Shown here one piece after another: positions 1 to 11,383 of a stretch of 64,000 bases of DNA. The DNA is taken from the NCBI GenBank assembly GCA_002811645.1, contig PDIP01000020.1, forward strand, positions 112,305-176,304, read 5' to 3'. The stretch is from Corallochytrium limacisporum Hawaii. Lineage: Eukaryota; Protista; Pluriformea. Under the pieces are notes generated by a model that saw only the letters and a list, made by a program, of their open reading frames with translations, was not told the DNA's origin and ran no database searches. Numbering within the stretch: position 1 is the first letter of the stretch; each line of letters opens with the position of its first letter. A program made the position numbers and the translations under genes.

Positions 1-199
1 CAAGAACACGAACGTGTTCTTAGATTTTATTTGCCACGGATTCAAAATCTATTTGTCACTCAGATCCGCCGGAGGAACTTGAATCGGATACTAAATGTAT
101 TTGCACTGAACTCCTCGCGTTGCAAGAAAGGCCGGAAAGTAACCGCAAAAATGTTTGTTGGATCCGGTGAACAAGCTGTTTCTCTCCATTTGCTCTGAG

Positions 200-241
200 G
201 CAAACTTGTCGATGGGTCTATGAGCAAACTTGTCGATGGGT
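200..241. repeat. Direct repeat, 2 x 18 nt GCAAACTTGTCGATGGGT (24-nt period)
   Basis: Identical copies at 200-217 and 224-241. Confidence 0.9.
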
Positions 242-1443
242 TTTCTTCAGTACATTGAATACTGAAATTGGCCATGAGCCGGTGCTAGAAGTGCCTGGCA
301 ACCCCTGCAAAATCTAGAACGACCGATCAATTTTTTGTAGCAGCGGCGACCCGAGCGCACCACCGTCGCGCGAACAGTTTGGGACCTAGCTGATGTGCCA
401 TTTCGGTACTGAACATATGAAAAACACCGGGAACTTTTGCACGTGGATCGTTGAGTTCGCATGGGCGCGTGGAAAGCAGTGGTAAGGAACAGTCCGGATA
501 CCCGCCGGCATGACAAGAACGATACATTTCAGAATTCGCCTTGAAAGTGCTTCGCGATCGGGAGACTGGTGGGTGCCGTGTACCCGGTTCTTCTTTCCTT
601 GCAGCTCCATTCTCCCATTTCCGGCGAATTACTTCGGGGTTTGTTTGAGGTTTATCTTCTTTTGTCCTCCCTGTCCCCCACTTTTGTAACACCCCCTTCT
701 CCCCCCCCCCTGCGCCCCTTTTTTTTTCTCTTTTTTTTTCCTTTTTTTCTATTTTGTGGACCCTGTCGGTTTTCGGACCTTGCTGCACCAACTTTGTCTT
801 CCTTGTTTTATATTACAATTTTTTTGGGCGCCAAAGGTGGGGGAGTCGTGGAGGTGGAGAAAGGGGGAAGAGAGAGGGAGAGAGCGAGGGTGACAGAGGG
901 AAAAAAAAAATTGCCCCAGTGCGAAAGTGCCGCCAATTGCAGCGCTGCGCCCGCCAACAAGGGGGGTTTCCGGTGCAGAAGGGGGCTTCCCAGGTCCCTC
1001 GGGAAACAAAGGGTGAGACCGAACGCCTCCCTCGCACTGCAACGCGGGGTACGCGGCCAGCACGCCTTCCCACTCTATTGGCCTCAACTAAGGTGTGGTT
1101 CCCTTGTTTTTTTTTTCTTTCTCTGAGTGGCTGGAGGCCGTCCGCCAGTTCTCTCTCTTCTTCACAAGATTTAGTGTGGCGTTTTGACAAAAGTTGCGTG
1201 CACAGCCCCGCTGGGCATGCGAGGAAGAGGCACACACTTGGCAGGCAGCAGCCTCGCCTTTTGGCGGAAAAGAAGTGTACGCACTCTGTGGAGACGGTGT
1301 GCTCCAATGGGAAACAGAGGCCTATGAACGTGCCTCAATTATCCACCAAATGATAATATGATGGTGGGCTATTTCAAGCAAACAGGCTGTCTTTACCAAA
1401 ACCTATTTGGGAATCAATTAGTTTGGAATCGGTGTGACTCCAA

Positions 1444-4164
1444 ATGATCCTCGGAGGTAGTACTGACTTGTTCATAGACAAAAATAACGAGAATGAAGTA
1501 GACAGTACTGGGAAGAACGGCGTCACAAATATGGCGGAACTGGCGCACCGCAAACGTGTTATCGAGTCCGATAGTGAGGACGATATTCCTCTGGCTGCGC
1601 TTAAGAAGCCAAAGCAGGAGCCCCTATCTGAGTCTACAAAGATTTCCTCCTTCTCGTCATCAAACGGAAACGGCACTGCACCTAACTTAGGAGTAGCCAC
1701 ATCTTCCAAAGTGCATTCACAACCTCTGTCGTTACCAACCTTCTTGAATGACGAAGAGAAACCGGCTTCTGTCGCTCCCGTTGTAGCATCCGTACAGCCT
1801 GTAGTACCGAAAGTGGAACCTAAGGCTGAAGACTCTTCACAAGATGAGTTGCCTTTAGCTTCCTTGACGAAAAAGGAGGTGAAAACAAGCGAAACGGACA
1901 CCGCTAGACTGAAGAAGGAGCCTGCGATGCCCAAGACCGGGACGGTGGTGCCTAAAACAGAGACTCCTGTCAAGCCGGCAACCAAGCCATTCGCAACCAC
2001 AACAAAGCCATCTGCCGGGGACTCAAGTGACGACGATGATTTGCCACTGGCTGCTCTGGCCAAGAAACCAGAAGTCACTGAGCCATCGCAGGCGATGAAG
2101 AATGGGACAATCAAGACGGAGGGTGCAATGCAAACAGTTCTTAAGGGTGAGTCAGATTCCGATGATGAGCCACTTGCAGTGGTAGCAGCCAAGAGTCAGT
2201 CACAGGGCGATGCTATGGACGAAGATTCAGACTCTGATTCGGAAAGTATGCCTTTGGCCATGGTAGTACAGCGAGAGAAGGATCTCGATGAGATTTCAAG
2301 CAAGGTGGTAATGAAAAAGAAGGACAAGGCCAAAAGAAAGGCTCAGGTTGCTGCCAGCGTGGAAAGCATGTCCGCTACCACTGCTGTCTCAACGCAATCG
2401 AATCGGAAGCTGACCATGGAAGAGAAACGAGAGCTACGTCGACAGCAGGAGGCTCAAGAAGTTGTGCAGTGGTGGGATACTTCAAACAAACCAAAGCTTA
2501 AAGCAGGAGAGCGGTGGAAGACACTTCAATGGAATGGCATCGTCTTTGCGCCTCCGTATGAAGCGTATCCCGAGAGTGTCAAGTTCAAATATGCTGGGGA
2601 GAGAATATCACTCAGCCTTCAGGCTGAGGAAGTGGCTTCCTTCTTTGCGGCCATGGCTAACACCGACTATGCTGGTAAGCCTGTGTTCATTAAGAACTTC
2701 ATGAAGGATTGGCGCAAGTTCATGACCAAAGAAGAACGCGCCAAGATCACAAACTTTAAGGACTGTGACTTCACGGAAATGGTCCGTCATGAGGAGAAAA
2801 AGCGTGAATTGAAGAAGGCAATGACCAAGGAAGAGAAAGAAAAGATCAAGAAGCAGAATGAAGAACTGATAGATAAGTACGGCTACTGTATGGTCGACGG
2901 TACACGCGAACGCATTGGCAACTTCCGTGTGGAACCGCCCGGTCTTTTCCGTGGCCGTGGCAGTCATCCCAAGATGGGTCGCGTCAAGAAACGTGTGCAT
3001 CCAGAGTCTGTCACCGTGAACACCGGTCGAGGCGTACCGGCACCGCAGGCTCCAGAGGGACATCGCTGGAAGAAGGTTCTCACCGACCGCACAGTGACTT
3101 GGCTGGCAACCTGGAAGGAGAACATCATGGGGGCACAAAAATATGTCATGCTGAATGCTGCAAGCCGATTCAAGGGTGAAAGTGACTTGAAGAAGTATGA
3201 AAAGGCTAGGAAGCTCAAGAAACACATCAACAAAATTCGTCGCAGGTATCGTCGGGATTGGAAGGACAAGATGATGTACGAGCGCCAGCGTGGTACGTGC
3301 TTATACTTCATTGATATTCTCGCCCTTCGTGTTGGTAATGAGAAAGACACAGATCAAGAGGCCGATACCGTCGGTTGTACTTCTCTGCGTATTGAGCACA
3401 TAGAATTGCATCCGCGAGAGACTCCGGAAGGTAAAGATCATGTGACCTTTGATTTTCTCGGAAAAGATTCCATCCAGTATCGCAATACGGTGGAGGTCGA
3501 TGAACAGGTGTTCAAGAATCTGAAGATTTTCACAAAGAACAAGAAACCAGCTGACATGCTATTTGATAGGGTCGATGGCGCGAATCTGAACAAGTATCTA
3601 CAGGAGCAGATGAAGGGCTTGAGTGCCAAGGTGTTCCGTACCTACAACGCATCGCACACCCTCCAGGAACAGCTGAAGGATACGCCGGAGAAGGCCAATG
3701 AACACGAAAAGATTCTGGCATACAACCGTGCTAATCGCCAAGTTGCCATTCTGTGTAATCATCAGCGCGCAGTGCCCAAGACTCATGACCAGAGTATGGG
3801 CCGACTTGAGCAGAAGATCAAGGACAAGAGGAAACAAAAACGTGAAACAAAGAAGAAGCTTAATGAATTGCTGAAGGAACTGAAGGAGGCAGGCAAGGAT
3901 ACCAAGAACGCGGCCAAGGTGAAGACCCTTCGCAAGCGTCTCAAAACTATGGATGAGCAGCTGAAGAAGCTTCAAATCCAGAAGGTTGACAAGGACGAGA
4001 ACAAGACCATTGCACTGGGAACATCGAAGTTGAATTACTGCGATCCTCGTATCACTGTTGCCTGGTGCAAAAGGTACAATGTTCCCATCGAGAAGGTCTA
4101 CAACAAGACTCAGCGTCAAAAGTTCATGTGGTCATTTGCCACTGAACCTGAGTGGGAATTCTAA
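1444..4164 (+). CDS. TOP1: DNA topoisomerase I (type IB)
   Basis: GNFRVEPPGLFRGRGSHPKMG, ALRVGNEKD, AKVFRTYNAS, AILCNHQR and the catalytic-Tyr motif SKLNYCDPR; disordered N-terminus. The true start could be the ATG at 1531. Confidence 0.98.
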   Translation: MILGGSTDLFIDKNNENEVDSTGKNGVTNMAELAHRKRVIESDSEDDIPLAALKKPKQEPLSESTKISSFSSSNGNGTAPNLGVATSSKVHSQPLSLPTFLNDEEKPASVAPVVASVQPVVPKVEPKAEDSSQDELPLASLTKKEVKTSETDTARLKKEPAMPKTGTVVPKTETPVKPATKPFATTTKPSAGDSSDDDDLPLAALAKKPEVTEPSQAMKNGTIKTEGAMQTVLKGESDSDDEPLAVVAAKSQSQGDAMDEDSDSDSESMPLAMVVQREKDLDEISSKVVMKKKDKAKRKAQVAASVESMSATTAVSTQSNRKLTMEEKRELRRQQEAQEVVQWWDTSNKPKLKAGERWKTLQWNGIVFAPPYEAYPESVKFKYAGERISLSLQAEEVASFFAAMANTDYAGKPVFIKNFMKDWRKFMTKEERAKITNFKDCDFTEMVRHEEKKRELKKAMTKEEKEKIKKQNEELIDKYGYCMVDGTRERIGNFRVEPPGLFRGRGSHPKMGRVKKRVHPESVTVNTGRGVPAPQAPEGHRWKKVLTDRTVTWLATWKENIMGAQKYVMLNAASRFKGESDLKKYEKARKLKKHINKIRRRYRRDWKDKMMYERQRGTCLYFIDILALRVGNEKDTDQEADTVGCTSLRIEHIELHPRETPEGKDHVTFDFLGKDSIQYRNTVEVDEQVFKNLKIFTKNKKPADMLFDRVDGANLNKYLQEQMKGLSAKVFRTYNASHTLQEQLKDTPEKANEHEKILAYNRANRQVAILCNHQRAVPKTHDQSMGRLEQKIKDKRKQKRETKKKLNELLKELKEAGKDTKNAAKVKTLRKRLKTMDEQLKKLQIQKVDKDENKTIALGTSKLNYCDPRITVAWCKRYNVPIEKVYNKTQRQKFMWSFATEPEWEF

Positions 4165-4244
4165 ATGGATCAGATGAAGTGCTTTGAATACAAGTCTTAA
4201 TTTCCTCTATATCTGTTTTTGTAAATATGTGCCTTTCCGTACCC

Positions 4245-4919
4245 TCATCGCATGAAGCGCTGGTCTATCTTGGCTAGTTTGACAACAGGCCTGAGTACGG
4301 TCGCATAGTTCCATAAAATCTTCTCCGTGTCCTCTAAGCTTTCCGATGAAGACTGGCTGTACAATTCTACCAGGTAGTACCCATCGCTGATCTTCTCAAA
4401 GGCTGGTTTCCCGCCTTCCATCTTCATGCGCTCGATAGAGAAGATGCTGCACTCAACTTGTCCCTTCAAGGAAAAAACCCAACCAGTCTTTCGCACGCTG
4501 TAGACAGGTTTTGCTCCTAGACTTGCAAGGTACTCTGGGGTAGGCCCGTTGGTCTCCATTGAGATAAAGGTTCTCACTGTTACCAGCGAACGCTGAGAAG
4601 CTGCTCCAGCTTGTCCGATGTACGTCAGAGCCCACTGTGTCGTGTCATTAGGACTAGCAGGGACACCTGGTTTATAAGGTCGAGTCTGACGGAAGATCAT
4701 AACTCCATTGCTGAGTCCCTTTAATTGAAAACTTGTTTCACGCATTCGAACTGTTTGTGGGTTTTCATGGCCTCCAAGGGCACACATTTCTTTAACCAAT
4801 TGCTCAACCTTCGCACCTGTCACACCGCCTTGCAACAGGCATTGAAATCCACCTCCACCAAGAGCGAAAGAGTTGAGGCCTTCATGCCCGGAGACTGGAC
4901 CTCCTAATGTGCCAGCCAT
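4245..4919 (-). CDS. MED18: Mediator of RNA polymerase II subunit 18
   Basis: 224 aa; W.L.Y.G segment, 'YLASLG', 'RKTGWVF', 'YLVEL' and the C-terminal 'LRPVVKLAKID' resemble Med18/Srb5. Confidence 0.8.
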   Translation of the reverse strand: MAGTLGGPVSGHEGLNSFALGGGGFQCLLQGGVTGAKVEQLVKEMCALGGHENPQTVRMRETSFQLKGLSNGVMIFRQTRPYKPGVPASPNDTTQWALTYIGQAGAASQRSLVTVRTFISMETNGPTPEYLASLGAKPVYSVRKTGWVFSLKGQVECSIFSIERMKMEGGKPAFEKISDGYYLVELYSQSSSESLEDTEKILWNYATVLRPVVKLAKIDQRFMR

Positions 4920-5895
4920 TCTATCAAGTACGTGCTGGCTCTTTTCTGAGGCTGTCTACATTTGTCATGCCTTCGTCACTGTCGCGAGATTGCTCGACAC
5001 AAGTATCTTCCTTCTCCTCTGTATTTGGTGCCCTTTATCTACGTTCTTCCGCAGTACGTGAAGTGTTAAGTGTTACATGCACTGTTACACTAACCAAACC
5101 ACTGCGTTACGGTTCTGCGCGCCAACGTACACCACACCAACCCCCCCCTATCGAGGAGATGTTTGAATCTGATATTCGCTGATTCAATACAATGTTGTTC
5201 TCCCGAACCGCTTCTCAGCAAAACCATTATTTAACCTCTGGTCACTCGTAGTGAACGCTGTGCACAAATACATTGGACGGGCACTCCACCAAGCGAGCTA
5301 CCCTGTTGGGTTGAATGTTTTGCCATGCCCCCCTCCGTTGGTGTTTCTTTTTTCCCCAAGTCTCTTTCCTCAGTTCATTCGCTATGAACAGGGCCGGAAC
5401 AGCCAATCACGAGCCAATGCCTTCCCCGCAAACCCATCGAAGAGGAGGCGGGTTCCATAGTGAACCTACCAGAGCACAGGACCTTCGGTACTGAAAGCAT
5501 TGACGGAGTCTGGTTGGTGTTTCTCATTTGAGGCGATTTGTTTTTTGTTTTTGCACAGCCGCCAGCCACAGGGAGGGGGTAGAGTGGGCGCGTATATTGA
5601 GGGTATGCCGTGGTGACGAGCGGGGCCTTGTGAAAGAGTACGGACCAGCACACGGTGGGCGTGTTGCCTGATCCGAAAGAGAACTCCAGTTTTTGTTGCA
5701 CAACATGGGGAATCTGCTTATGATTTAGAGTGATCATTAACCCGGGCTTGTATTTCAAAGATTTCATATGACTATCTGCATACATGGCCTGATACAACCC
5801 ACGGAGATCTGCGGGAATATTGATAACCGGGATCAACAACCAACGACAGGAGTTTCGGTTTGAATAGTAGTTTTCATATATAGAGCCAGGGAACA

Positions 5896-7149
5896 ATGGC
5901 ACCGACCAACAAACCAATTGTCATTGACAATGGTACCGGCTACACCAAGATGGGATATGCCGGCAATCCCAATCCGCAGTTCATCATGCCAACCGTGATC
6001 GGCATGAAGGAGTCTGCTTCAGTTGGCGATCAGGCACAGCGCCGTGTGGCGCGGGGTCTTGATGACCTAGACTTCCATATTGGAGACGAGGCTGTTGAGA
6101 ATCAGAAGACCTATGGCTTGACATACCCTATTCGGGAGGGTATGGTGGCGGACTGGGATGCAATGGAGAAGCTGTGGGAACAATGTATTTTCAAGTACCT
6201 CCGCTGCGAACCCGAGGACCACTACTTTATGCTCACTGAACCTCCGTTGAACACACCCGAGAATCGGGAGTACACGGCCGAGATTATGTTTGAAAGTTTC
6301 AACGTACCCGGTCTGTATATTGCCGTGCAGGCCGTCCTGGCCCTGGCAGCGTCATGGACCACCTCGCGGACAGAGAATCCGCTAACTGGATGTGTATTGG
6401 ATAGTGGTGATGGTGTTACCCACGTCATTCCTGTGGCTGATGGTTATGTTATCGGCTCTAGCATCAAGTCCATGCCTATTGCTGGGCGGAGAATCACTCA
6501 CTTTATTCAGGAGATGCTCCGCCAGCGCGAGCCCCAAATTCCCCCTGAGGAATCCATGGAAGTTGCCAAGACCATCAAGGAACGCTACTGCTACGTATGC
6601 CCCGATATTGTGAAGGAGTACAAGAAGTATGATGGGGATCCTAGGTACTTCAAGGAACACACAGGTGTGCACTCTGTGACTCAGAAGAAGTACAACGTCG
6701 ATGTTGGCTACGAGCGCTTCCTCGGACCCGAGATTTTCTTCCACCCCGAGTTTGCCAATGCAGACTACAGCACGCCTGTACCGATGGTGGTTGATGAAGT
6801 CATCCAATCGTGCCCCATTGATGTCCGCCGTGCCCTGTACAAGAACATCGCTCTGTCCGGTGGTTCCACAATGTTCAAGGATTTCGGTAAACGTCTTGAG
6901 CGTGATATCAAGCGCACGGTGAAGGAGCGCATGGCTCTGTACGAGGATCTCAGTGGCGGAAAGCACAAGCCTGCGCCTATGGAGGTCAATGTCGTATCTC
7001 ACTCTAAGCAACGATATGCTGTATGGTACGGTGGGTCCGTTGTGGCTGACTTGCCTCAGTTCTACTCCGCCTGCCGCACCAAGAAGGAGTATGAGGAAGA
7101 GGGTCCGCGCATTCTCCGCCACAACCCGGTCTTCAGTATGATGCAGTAA
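5896..7149 (+). CDS. ARP3: Actin-related protein 3 (Arp2/3 complex)
   Basis: [63 protein letters not shown]-terminal RHNPVF. Confidence 0.98.
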   Translation: MAPTNKPIVIDNGTGYTKMGYAGNPNPQFIMPTVIGMKESASVGDQAQRRVARGLDDLDFHIGDEAVENQKTYGLTYPIREGMVADWDAMEKLWEQCIFKYLRCEPEDHYFMLTEPPLNTPENREYTAEIMFESFNVPGLYIAVQAVLALAASWTTSRTENPLTGCVLDSGDGVTHVIPVADGYVIGSSIKSMPIAGRRITHFIQEMLRQREPQIPPEESMEVAKTIKERYCYVCPDIVKEYKKYDGDPRYFKEHTGVHSVTQKKYNVDVGYERFLGPEIFFHPEFANADYSTPVPMVVDEVIQSCPIDVRRALYKNIALSGGSTMFKDFGKRLERDIKRTVKERMALYEDLSGGKHKPAPMEVNVVSHSKQRYAVWYGGSVVADLPQFYSACRTKKEYEEEGPRILRHNPVFSMMQ

Positions 7150-7644
7150 GTTAACCTTCTAGCATCTCCGAACACTGTGAGTACTTTTACAAGCGTCATC
7201 AAGAGAGTGGGAGTGGAGATGGCTGTATGCCCCATGTCCATCTCCAGCACAAATTAAAGCAATACAAACGACCATCTATATATGACGGTACTTATCGTGG
7301 TAGAAGAGTTTTTAAGGTTATGGCAATGGCGATCCTTCCTTGCATTGTAGAATCGAAGGTGAATAGGGATCGCCTACGCCGTCGTTGCTTGTGTCCTGAG
7401 AGACGACTGCGTTCCGCACTGCTGCCCCCAAATGTGATGATGGGATGATCTCAAAACTTTATGCAATCCGTGCAAACAGGTTATCTGATATTGCTCAGCT
7501 CTGTAGCTGGTGTTGGCGTCGCCTCGGACCGAGGGGGGCTTAAGAAAATCCTCCAGGGCAACCTAAACTGAGAAACTGAACCCCCTCTGCCCATCAGCTC
7601 CATTCACATCGCTGTTCGTTTTCTCTCCCATCTACGGGTCCGAA

Positions 7645-7735
<91 letters not shown>
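7645..7735. repeat. (CT)n microsatellite
   Basis: About 45 dinucleotide units, one interruption. Confidence 0.97.
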
Positions 7736-7739
<4 letters not shown>

Positions 7740-8230
7740 CTGTGCGCCATCTGCCCGTAGCTCACCCACCCGCTCCGATTCTCCTGCTGCCATTTTTTCC
7801 AGGTTGCTCTGTTCATTTCAACACTATTCTCCCTTATGGCTTGCGACTGTCCCCCATCTCCTCTCCTCCCTGTGTGGAGTCTGTGGCTAATCGCTCCTAC
7901 TCGCACTCCGCTCCCACCCACCCCCCTCCCCACCGTGTCTTCGGTGTCCCACTTCCTTGTGCAATGAACCGCGTGATAGGCTTCACTTCTTTTGACGGAT
8001 TGTGTCGCATTTGTTTTCATCGCCTGGTGATTTCTTGGTTTTGGCTTCATTTCCCTTCTCCCTCCCCCTTCCCCGCGGCCAAAGGTGTACCCGTCCAGGG
8101 AAATTGAGTACGCAAGGAAGACAAGAGAACACAAAAAGGATACCAGCGCCAGGCACAAGACACGTACTGCAGACGGAAGCCCCGAAATCTTCGGCAATTT
8201 GCTTAATCCACCACACTTTCTGTCTCTATC

Positions 8231-8234
8231 TCTG

Positions 8235-8319
<85 letters not shown>

Positions 8320-8414
8320 CTCCGGCTCCATCGCTGCCTATGGGCTCGATCGCTGGCTCTTGCTCTATCGCTGGCTCTGGCGCTATCGCTGGCTCTGGCT
8401 CTGGGCTCTATCTC
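8231..8414. repeat. (TCTGGC)n hexamer array followed by degenerate ~18-nt units
   Basis: About 15 perfect hexamers at 8231-8320, then variants containing (T/G)ATCGCTGGCTCT. Confidence 0.93.
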
Positions 8415-8686
8415 TTGGTGGTGGCTCGTTTAGCTCGCTCTCGATTCCTCTATCTCTCCCTGGCACTCCCCCCACGGGGCAGGGCGGGACGACCGTCCCC
8501 GACCCGACCGTTGATTCTTTTGCGTGTTTGCTTGACCTTTGCTGTATACTCTCGGGCTCGCTCGTTTTCCTTCCACTCTCTTCCTCTCAATTTGTTCCCT
8601 GGTGGGTTCGCGGCTTGCCTGGCTTACAACTTGCTGACCCAGCCCGACGAAGTGTCAACATATTCTGGCTGAGCAACACAAGAAAA

Positions 8687-8772
8687 GGGGGGGGTTAGAA
8701 CGGGGACCCGGGACAGGGAGAGCGAGCGGATGGGTGGAGGAGAGAGGGGGAGAGGGGGAGGGGGGGAGGGGG
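8687..8772 (+). promoter_or_regulatory. Polypurine G-tract cluster, potential G-quadruplex
   Basis: More than eight runs of at least 3 G in 86 nt, upstream of the amino-acid transporter. Function is inferred only. Confidence 0.4.
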
Positions 8773-9725
8773 AAGAAGGCAGAGCGAGGAGGAGAGAGTG
8801 ACCGCGTTCTGTGGCAGTAGTCAAAAACTTTCTTATCGGCAATCTCGCGGACTCCCTCCTACTTTTCACATTATGGAGAAAATCAGGGAACGGATTCGGT
8901 AGTGGAGCAGTAGCGGGAAATGGGTGAAATGATCTTACCATGATCAAATAATAGATGAAGCTGGTCCGACGGATGGGGAGAACACAGGGCTCATCGAACA
9001 GTGTTGAAAAGGCCGCACCTTGATCCGCTCCAGAAACAGACTTTGGCCCGACAGATCCGACAAGAACAGGAACATTAAGTACGAAATCCGGTGAGGTGGG
9101 TTTCCCTCCTCGCGAGCGGAGACACAAAGTAGCCAAAAAAAAAAAAAAGGAAAAGAACTTGCGCCGCCCAAGGGGGTCGCTTCGCTTGCGTGCCTTGGTT
9201 CTGCTTGAAAACTTTTCGCACGGGCACTCTGGGCAAGGCGTGGCGGACAGGGCTGGTGGCGAGTAGTCAGTGAGTAACTCTTTTTCGTCGGAACCCACAA
9301 GAAGGAAGGGATTCCATAGTTCTTTGTCTCTCCCGAGCGGGGCACGCATTGATCCCGCCGTCGGCGGGGGAGGGTGGGCATGAGTTTCTTCGAGGCAGCA
9401 AGAGCGAGTCTGTGTGCGTGTGCGTGCGCCATCTGTCCTGTGCGCCTTTTGGCACAGGTATCAGCACGCCGGCTACAACACTGGTGCACAACATAAGATG
9501 GTTGTTGTGTGTTGTTTCAAAAGCATCCTCTGTGTACACCTTTTCTTTCTCGGTGGGTCACCCACTTGGCTGCCGTTTAGGTATTTTTGGGGTGGCATAT
9601 ATCTGCAAGTATCAACGCCTATCGATCACCAAAGAGACGTTCGCAAAAGAAAAAGGACTTGAAAGTTCTAATGCTCAGACATTAGAGCCTGGGTAATTAC
9701 CAACCTAAGGAACCATAGTATCAAT

Positions 9726-11177
9726 ATGGCCGGATCATTAGAGGTGCCGGAGCATGAGCACAATGACAGTTACCATTCCTATGTGCAAGACGATAATACT
9801 GTGCAAAACTCAATAGGCTACGGAGACCATAGCTTTGCCAGTATCCCAGACCTTGCCCGGAAGCGCAAGTCTTCTAGTACTCGTACTGGTCGGTCCAGGC
9901 AAAGCAGCACTAGCCATGATATTGAGGCTGTAGAGACAACATCTCTACTGGGCAAGCCCAAGCGACAACCAGGTCATTCTAGTGTAGCTCAGGTGACCTA
10001 CAATGCATGTAACGTGCTCATGGGAGCGGGACTTCTCAGTGTGCCTTTTGCATTCAAAGGGGCCGGATGGATCGCCGGCATTGCGATTTTCCTTGTCATT
10101 TCTCTATTGACGAACATGACGGGGAAACTGCTGTACTGGTCCATGGTAAAGAACGAGCATGTCCAGGATTATCCAGGCTTGGGCCAGGTTGCATTCGGCA
10201 GTATGGGGTCGTACATCGTTGGGGGGGTATTCTTCTTTGACATTTTCTGTGCCAGCGTCATGTTCATTATTCTGATCGCAGACAGTTTGTATGCTCTATA
10301 CGACGGACTGAGTCCACTGCAGTATGTACTCATTCAGATGGTTGTCCTGATCCCCATGACGTGGACAAAGCGCTTGAGTCTAATGGCGTATCTCAGTTTC
10401 CTCGGCCTGCTCAGCGTGGCAGCTCTGGCGGGAGGGTTGTTCATTAAGGCAGCTGAAGTTAATCTAGCCCACCACCCTGCCAATACCACTCTGGGCCCGC
10501 AGAGCTTTCAAGGCATCTTGGCTTGCTACGGTATGATTCTCATGCAGTACGGAGGTCACGCTATCATGCCCAGCTTGGCTGCTTCTCTTAAGGACTTTAA
10601 CCACTTTCCACGGGTTCTGAATATCACCTACGCTTTCTGCGTTGCTATCGGGTTAAGTGTAGGTGTCATTGGCTTTGCGATCTACGGCCAGCACACGGAG
10701 AAGGAAATCACTCTGAATCTTTTAGAAGACGACGAAAAAACGACTGGCACGGGTGTTACGGGCTACCTAGGACCTTTTGTGTTGCTCCTTGTAGTGGTGA
10801 ACGCCGTCACCAAGTACCCGCTGCTGCTTAACGTTGCCAGTATGTACATTGATCAGATCGTCTGCCTCTGCCTACCTCCATCTTTCGATGAGGATGGCAC
10901 CACTCAGAACCGGATCCTGCACGTCACAGTTCGCACCGTTGTCGGTGTTCTCACCTTTGGGACCGCTATCCTGATCCCATCCTTTGCAAAACTGACTGCT
11001 TTCATTGGCGCCGGATTCCAAACCTTCCTGTGCTTGGTCTTTCCGGTATATGTCTACAAGGTCAGCTATCAGAAGGAAATGAGTCCATTCACGCGCTTTG
11101 TGATGGAAGCATGTGTGTTTATGAGCATTATCGCCGGTTGCTTCGGTGTCTACGGTGCCATGACACTGGAAGATTAG
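9726..11177 (+). CDS. Aa_trans family amino-acid transporter (AVT1/SLC32-like), probably vacuolar/lysosomal
   Basis: YNACNVLMGAGLLSVPFAF..AGW, YGGHAIMP, TKYPL, about 11 hydrophobic segments; N-terminal acidic dileucine ETTSLL. Confidence 0.92.
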   Translation: MAGSLEVPEHEHNDSYHSYVQDDNTVQNSIGYGDHSFASIPDLARKRKSSSTRTGRSRQSSTSHDIEAVETTSLLGKPKRQPGHSSVAQVTYNACNVLMGAGLLSVPFAFKGAGWIAGIAIFLVISLLTNMTGKLLYWSMVKNEHVQDYPGLGQVAFGSMGSYIVGGVFFFDIFCASVMFIILIADSLYALYDGLSPLQYVLIQMVVLIPMTWTKRLSLMAYLSFLGLLSVAALAGGLFIKAAEVNLAHHPANTTLGPQSFQGILACYGMILMQYGGHAIMPSLAASLKDFNHFPRVLNITYAFCVAIGLSVGVIGFAIYGQHTEKEITLNLLEDDEKTTGTGVTGYLGPFVLLLVVVNAVTKYPLLLNVASMYIDQIVCLCLPPSFDEDGTTQNRILHVTVRTVVGVLTFGTAILIPSFAKLTAFIGAGFQTFLCLVFPVYVYKVSYQKEMSPFTRFVMEACVFMSIIAGCFGVYGAMTLED

Positions 11178-11383
11178 GGCAGTCTATTTAGCTTCACAAT
11201 CTGCCATCATTCATTCATCATCATTTTCATTTTTTGTCATCCATTAGCCCATGAAGCATCGTCACTAACATCTATAAAGGAAACTTCTCCAACTGTGTCC
11301 ATTTTTCTTTGTGTCCATTCGGCTTACGAACGTGTAATATGATCTGTCTGGCGTTTGTACAAAGAGTCAAGTTGTTCAACGAC

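Noticed and set aside
200-241. CRISPR-like direct repeats
   Set aside because: Only two 18-nt copies with a 6-nt spacer, in a eukaryotic context with no cas genes.
1374-2192. Long antisense ORFs (also 6382-7122, 62309-62953 and others)
   Set aside because: Shadows of strongly supported genes on the opposite strand, with no independent motifs.
7430-7492. Possible box C/D snoRNA (GTGATGA...CTGA)
   Set aside because: Only about 55 nt, with a weak terminal stem and no rRNA complementarity I could recognise.
7604-8698. ORFs with poly-RE, poly-WL and poly-LA tracts
   Set aside because: Artefacts of the (CT)n and (TCTGGC)n repeats, with non-ATG starts and no domain signal.
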